In this document: positions 60,415 to 64,000 of the stretch, piece by piece
Numbering within the stretch: position 1 is the first letter of the stretch
Layout: every line of letters begins with the position of its first letter
From: Nitrospinaceae bacterium
GTDB taxonomy: Bacteria > Nitrospinota > Nitrospinia > Nitrospinales > VA-1
Direction of reading: 5' to 3'
Assembly: GCA_046754465.1 (NCBI GenBank)
Contig: JBHHVU010000005.1
Location: 33,243-97,242 of the forward strand
Length of the DNA: 64,000 nucleotides
Notes under the pieces: model-generated
Database searches by the model: none
What the model saw: the letters and a program-made list of their open reading frames with translations, nothing else
What the model was told of the DNA's origin: nothing
Made by a program: the position numbers and the translations under genes

Positions 60415-60944
60415 TCTGGGATTTCTTCAAAAAGAAAAAAGAAGCGCCCTCGCTCGACGACCTGGTCCTCTCCAAACTCAAGCCCGGGTTTCTGGTGGAC
60501 TACGACATGAAGACCTACAAGGTGACCGCCCACAACACCTACAAGTGGAACGAAGGCGGCGTCACCGACGAGTGGGAGCTCCAACTGGGAACGGAATCCT
60601 GGTTCCTCGAACGCTCCGAGGAAGACGGCGAAGTGGAATGGTCCCTTTGCCAGAAAAAACCCATCTCGCAACTCGAGGGCGACGTCGCCAAACACATCAT
60701 CGAGAACGAAGACCCCCCCGAAAAAGTCGTGTACCAGGGAACCCACTTTTATTTTGAAGCGGACGACATCGGCGAATTTTTCCGTGGCGAAGCGCGGGAA
60801 GGATTGTCGTTCGTCGTCTGGGACTATACCGACGAATCCCAGAAGAAGCAGTTATCCATCGAGCAGTGGGGCGAAACCAAATTCGACGTGACCATCGGCT
60901 TCGAGGTGGAGGAGTACCAATTCACCAACATCCTCCCCGCCTAA
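60411..60944 (+). CDS. DUF4178-like protein
   Basis: L.PG..V.Y....Y.V.....Y.W......EW.L......L and WDY......L.IEQW pattern; ATG overlaps the pspA stop. Confidence 0.7.
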   Translation: MIWDFFKKKKEAPSLDDLVLSKLKPGFLVDYDMKTYKVTAHNTYKWNEGGVTDEWELQLGTESWFLERSEEDGEVEWSLCQKKPISQLEGDVAKHIIENEDPPEKVVYQGTHFYFEADDIGEFFRGEAREGLSFVVWDYTDESQKKQLSIEQWGETKFDVTIGFEVEEYQFTNILPA

Positions 60945-61179
60945 CCCGGGGCCGGGCGCATGATTTACCTGCCCAGAGAACTCCCCCATCCGCTCATTGC
61001 GGCTATTTTCACGGGTCATTCCGAGAATAAATACTGGCGGATTCAACTCAAAAAATAATGATTTTTCCCCTTTTGAGTTAAAAATTTATTATAAAAGGTG
61101 GAACAGAGGACCAATATCACTCGTGTCTCAAAGGCCGCTCATTAGCCATAAAATAACCTGCCAAACCAAGGTACGAAAT

Positions 61180-62142
61180 ATGACCCTACTAACTTCCGTC
61201 GAGATGTGTGCAGGAGGCGGCGGGCAAGCTTTAGGCCTGGAACAAGCAGGTTTTTCCCATAACTGTTTGGTTGAAATTGATAAAAATTCATGTAATACGC
61301 TCCGCACAAACCGGCCTGCGTGGAATGTCGTAGAGGGTGATCTGGCAGAATTCGATGGCAGGCCTTACAAGGGCATTGACCTGTTGGCGGGTGGATTACC
61401 TTGCCCGCCATTCTCCATTGCCGGTAAACAATTGGGCAAAAAGGACGAACGGAACCTTTTTCCCGAGGCGATAAGGCTGGTGGATGAGATACGGCCAAGA
61501 GCGGTAATGATTGAGAATGTTCGAGGAATATTGGGCGCTATATTTACCGATTACAGGCAATACATCGCAAAACAATTAAAGAAACTTGGCTATGAAACAG
61601 ATTGGCATTTACTCAATGCGTCCGATTTTGGGGTTCCACAATTAAGGCCGCGTGTTGCCTTTGTGGCAGTTAAAAAGGATTTTGCTGACAACTTCTCGTG
61701 GCCATTTCCTTTAGGGAAAATTCCTCCAACAGTTGGAGAAACACTCTGCGATCTAATGGCCGCCGATGGTTGGAAGGGGGTTAAAAACTGGATGCGGCAT
61801 GCAAATGAAATTGCTCCAACCATTGTTGGAGGTTCTTTAAAGCATGGAGGCCCGGATTTAGGTCCTACCCGCGCAAAACGGGCTTGGGCCGCTATCGGTA
61901 TTGATGGTCACGGTATCTCGGATACGCCCCCTTTAAAGGACTTCGTGGGAATGCCCCGCCTCACAATCCCGATGGTAGCCCGCCTGCAAGGTTTCCCTGA
62001 TGAATGGAAGTTTTCTGGACGGAAAACACCCGCGTACAGGCAGGTGGGAAATGCGTTCCCACCACCGGTTGCCCGGGCTGTGGCGGAACAAATCCGCAAT
62101 TGTTTAACAGCCAAAAGGTTCGTCGCGGTTGAAGCAAGATGA
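61180..62142 (+). CDS. DNA (cytosine-5)-methyltransferase, M.NgoMIV/M.NaeI-like (predicted target GCCGGC)
   Basis: EMCAGGGGQALG (I), GGLPCPPFS (IV), ENVRG (VI), PQLRPR (VIII), RLQGFP (IX), QVGNAFPP (X); TRD region PTIVGGS.KHGGPDLGPTRAK. Start ATG 61180. Confidence 0.93.
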   Translation: MTLLTSVEMCAGGGGQALGLEQAGFSHNCLVEIDKNSCNTLRTNRPAWNVVEGDLAEFDGRPYKGIDLLAGGLPCPPFSIAGKQLGKKDERNLFPEAIRLVDEIRPRAVMIENVRGILGAIFTDYRQYIAKQLKKLGYETDWHLLNASDFGVPQLRPRVAFVAVKKDFADNFSWPFPLGKIPPTVGETLCDLMAADGWKGVKNWMRHANEIAPTIVGGSLKHGGPDLGPTRAKRAWAAIGIDGHGISDTPPLKDFVGMPRLTIPMVARLQGFPDEWKFSGRKTPAYRQVGNAFPPPVARAVAEQIRNCLTAKRFVAVEAR

Positions 62143-63002
62143 ATAAAGAAACTTTCTTTAGTGAGGCTAGGCGAAGCTTCCATGCGGCGCTTTTAGAATC
62201 GGTGCCCAAAACGGATACAAAGGGGGTGCCGAGTAACGCGGATAAACACAGCCGTGCCAGTGTCGCCATAGCCCAGGGAATTATGGACCGTCTTGGAGCA
62301 GAATCCAAGGGGGCCCGTTTGGCCGGGCAAATGGCCGGCAGTAAGTTTGAGGAAATTTGTTCGGAATACCTCCAGGAGACCTTTAAACAGCTTCGGCATT
62401 TACGGCCCGGACAATGGGAAATTGGCAAAGGATTGGGTGGCGGCAGATTGGCGATTGCTCAATTTGACCAATATGAACACCTCGCGGCGTTAGAAACAGC
62501 CTCAAAAGAAAATCCTGCCCTCGCTGCCGCCCTTGGCAGCGATTATTTGATAAAACCGGATGTTGTGATATTCCGGCACCCGGAAGATGATGCAACCATC
62601 AATTCATCCATGGCATTAGTGGATGAGCACGAGGCCAAGTTAACCAGCCTGCGGAGTGCCAACAATAAGCGGCCAATTCTCCATGCAAGTGTATCCTGCA
62701 AATGGACGTTGCGAAGCGATAGGGCACAAAATGCCCGTTCGGAGGGTTTAAATCTTGTCCGTAACCGCAAAGGGCGGTTACCGCATATCGTAGTGGTTAC
62801 AGGTGAACCTACTCCAAATCGAATAGCGTCCATCGCCTTGGGAACAGGAGATATAGATTGTGTCTACCACTTTTCCTTGCATGAACTTGTTGATACGGTG
62901 AAAGATCTCGGGTTTGAAGATGCCTTGGAAATGCTTGATACGATGATTGAAGGCAATCGGTTGAGGGATATTTCCGATCTGCCGCTTGATCTTGTCGTGT
63001 AA
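62139..63002 (+). CDS. Type II restriction endonuclease, NgoMIV family
   Basis: DY.I.PD and LHAS.SCKWT.RSDRAQNARSE.LNL.RNRKGRLPHIVVVT.EP.P.R..S.ALGTGDIDCVYH, the NgoMIV catalytic and recognition signature; ATGA overlap with the MTase. Confidence 0.92.
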   Translation: MNKETFFSEARRSFHAALLESVPKTDTKGVPSNADKHSRASVAIAQGIMDRLGAESKGARLAGQMAGSKFEEICSEYLQETFKQLRHLRPGQWEIGKGLGGGRLAIAQFDQYEHLAALETASKENPALAAALGSDYLIKPDVVIFRHPEDDATINSSMALVDEHEAKLTSLRSANNKRPILHASVSCKWTLRSDRAQNARSEGLNLVRNRKGRLPHIVVVTGEPTPNRIASIALGTGDIDCVYHFSLHELVDTVKDLGFEDALEMLDTMIEGNRLRDISDLPLDLVV

Positions 63003-63008
63003 CAAATT

Positions 63009-63425
63009 GTGGCAATTACCCTTTCTTCCGAGCGGCGCAGCAACAATATGCGGGCTATCAAAAGCAAGGGCATGAAGCCCGAAATGATAGTCCGCCGACT
63101 GGTACATAGCCGGGGCTACCGTTATAGACTGCACCGGAAAAACCTGCCTGGAACACCTGACCTTGTATTTCCTGGACGGAAAAAAGTTATTTTTGTTCAT
63201 GGATGTTTTTGGCACCAACATAAAGATTGTAAAATTTCGCGGGTCCCGAAATCCAACCAAGACTATTGGATACCCAAGCTGGAAAAGAACAAGGCGCGGG
63301 ATCAAGAGCATCAATATAGTTTAAAAAAACTTGGTTGGGATGTTTTGGTATTATGGGAATGTGAACTCAAGGAACTTGAAAAAATAGGTAAAAGGGTTAA
63401 AGGGTTTCTTGATAAGGCTCCCTGA
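63009..63425 (+). CDS. vsr: Very-short-patch repair endonuclease
   Basis: RS.NM..I.SK..KPE, G.RYRL, LPG.PDLVF, FVHGCFWH.H, YW..K...N..RD, GW.V..LWEC. Confidence 0.95.
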   Translation: MAITLSSERRSNNMRAIKSKGMKPEMIVRRLVHSRGYRYRLHRKNLPGTPDLVFPGRKKVIFVHGCFWHQHKDCKISRVPKSNQDYWIPKLEKNKARDQEHQYSLKKLGWDVLVLWECELKELEKIGKRVKGFLDKAP

Positions 63426-63454
63426 ATACTGTTGTTTCCATGAGGTAACACAAT

Positions 63455-63850
63455 ATGTCGGATACCTTAAAGAAAATCGAAGAACAGACTTTTTCCGAGG
63501 ACGATTACGAGGAAGTTCCTCCTTCGGATATAGTCGCGTATAACGAACTTCGTTCTTGTGCTGATCTATTTCGAATGCACAATCAAAAGATTCTTGAGAC
63601 ACAACCTGATTTCCAAAGGGATATTGTTTGGAACGGCCCTGCACAAACTCGGTTTATCGATTCATTAATCAAACAACTTCCCATTCCAAGCATGTGTTTT
63701 GCGATGGACTATAGGAAACAAAAATGGATGGTGATTGATGGTCTGCAAAGAATTTCAACAATTGTTCGATTCCTTAAAGGCGAAGATTGGACGCTATCAA
63801 AACTAAATGATATCGAAAAAAATATTTCAGGAAAATCTTTCTTTTGTTAA
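63455..63850 (+). pseudogene. Truncated DUF262 (GmrS/ParB-like) gene
   Basis: P.FQR..VW, FIDSL....PIP and VIDGLQR.ST motifs present, but the ORF stops at 131 aa before the rest of the domain. Confidence 0.7.
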
Positions 63851-64000
63851 AAATAATATAATTAAAAGTACATTTGGGTTTGATTACGAAAGACATTTTA
63901 AAAACATGCTTATGCAGGTTATCGGACTTATTAATTTTGAAAGAATTGAAAAAAAGGTTGATCCCATTACGCGAACTAAATTTAAATCCACGCTCTCTAG
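63807..64000 (+). pseudogene. Overlapping +1-frame ORF fragment, possibly an N-terminally deleted HEPN-like gene; runs off the window
   Basis: Frame open from 63807 to the window end: ...ENLSFVKNNIIKSTFGFDYERHFKNMLMQVIGLINFERIEKKVDPITRTKFKSTLS; no SD. The family guess is from recall. Confidence 0.4.

Larger units (their letters stand above)
61000..64000 (+). mobile_element. Lower-GC defence island (left boundary approximate; continues beyond the window)
   Basis: Abrupt shift to AT-richer sequence and codon usage after ~61,000; carries RM, vsr and DUF262 genes. No integrase is visible in the window. Confidence 0.6.

Noticed and set aside
60997..61179. 61-aa N-terminal extension of the methyltransferase
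   Set aside because: MTase motif I begins right after ATG 61180; the extension is AT-rich intergenic DNA.
1..64000. CRISPR arrays, rRNA, transposases, integrases, prophage genes, selenocysteine read-through
   Set aside because: None seen: no regularly spaced direct repeats, no such protein motifs, and no in-frame TGA at a catalytic Cys position.

Overview
A GC-rich bacterial chromosomal segment. The gene content and style suggest Nitrospinota or a deltaproteobacteria-like lineage, but this is inference only. About 60 kb is mostly housekeeping: a partial AstE/AspA hydrolase, an FmdB-ntrB-ntrC run, ilvE, tRNA-Lys and tRNA-Glu, guaBA, purSQLF, UPF0182, mpl, a Gph-like HAD phosphatase, dacB, pepF, valS, a RomR-like regulator, YyaL, ABC-F, two peptide permeases, Nif3, csp, yajQ, an HD-GYP regulator and an Fe-S aldo/keto reductase. 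Interspersed are several poorly understood proteins: two intact radical SAM enzymes, a radical-SAM-like protein lacking its cluster motif, a PHP-fold protein lacking its metal ligands, a triple PCP_red protein and an MFS/spermidine-synthase/TPR fusion. The most notable locus is a sigma70-driven, tightly packed PspA (bacterial ESCRT-III) operon at 58.2-60.9 kb: DUF2617-like, J-domain co-chaperone, CesT/YbjN-like chaperone, PspA and DUF4178-like. The J-protein N-terminus resembles the PspA N-terminal helix. The operon abuts a lower-GC defence island containing an NgoMIV-type GCCGGC restriction-modification pair, Vsr, and a truncated DUF262 gene apparently fused by deletion to a headless downstream ORF. 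Several genes look leaderless. All family assignments come from motif recognition by eye, not from database searches.
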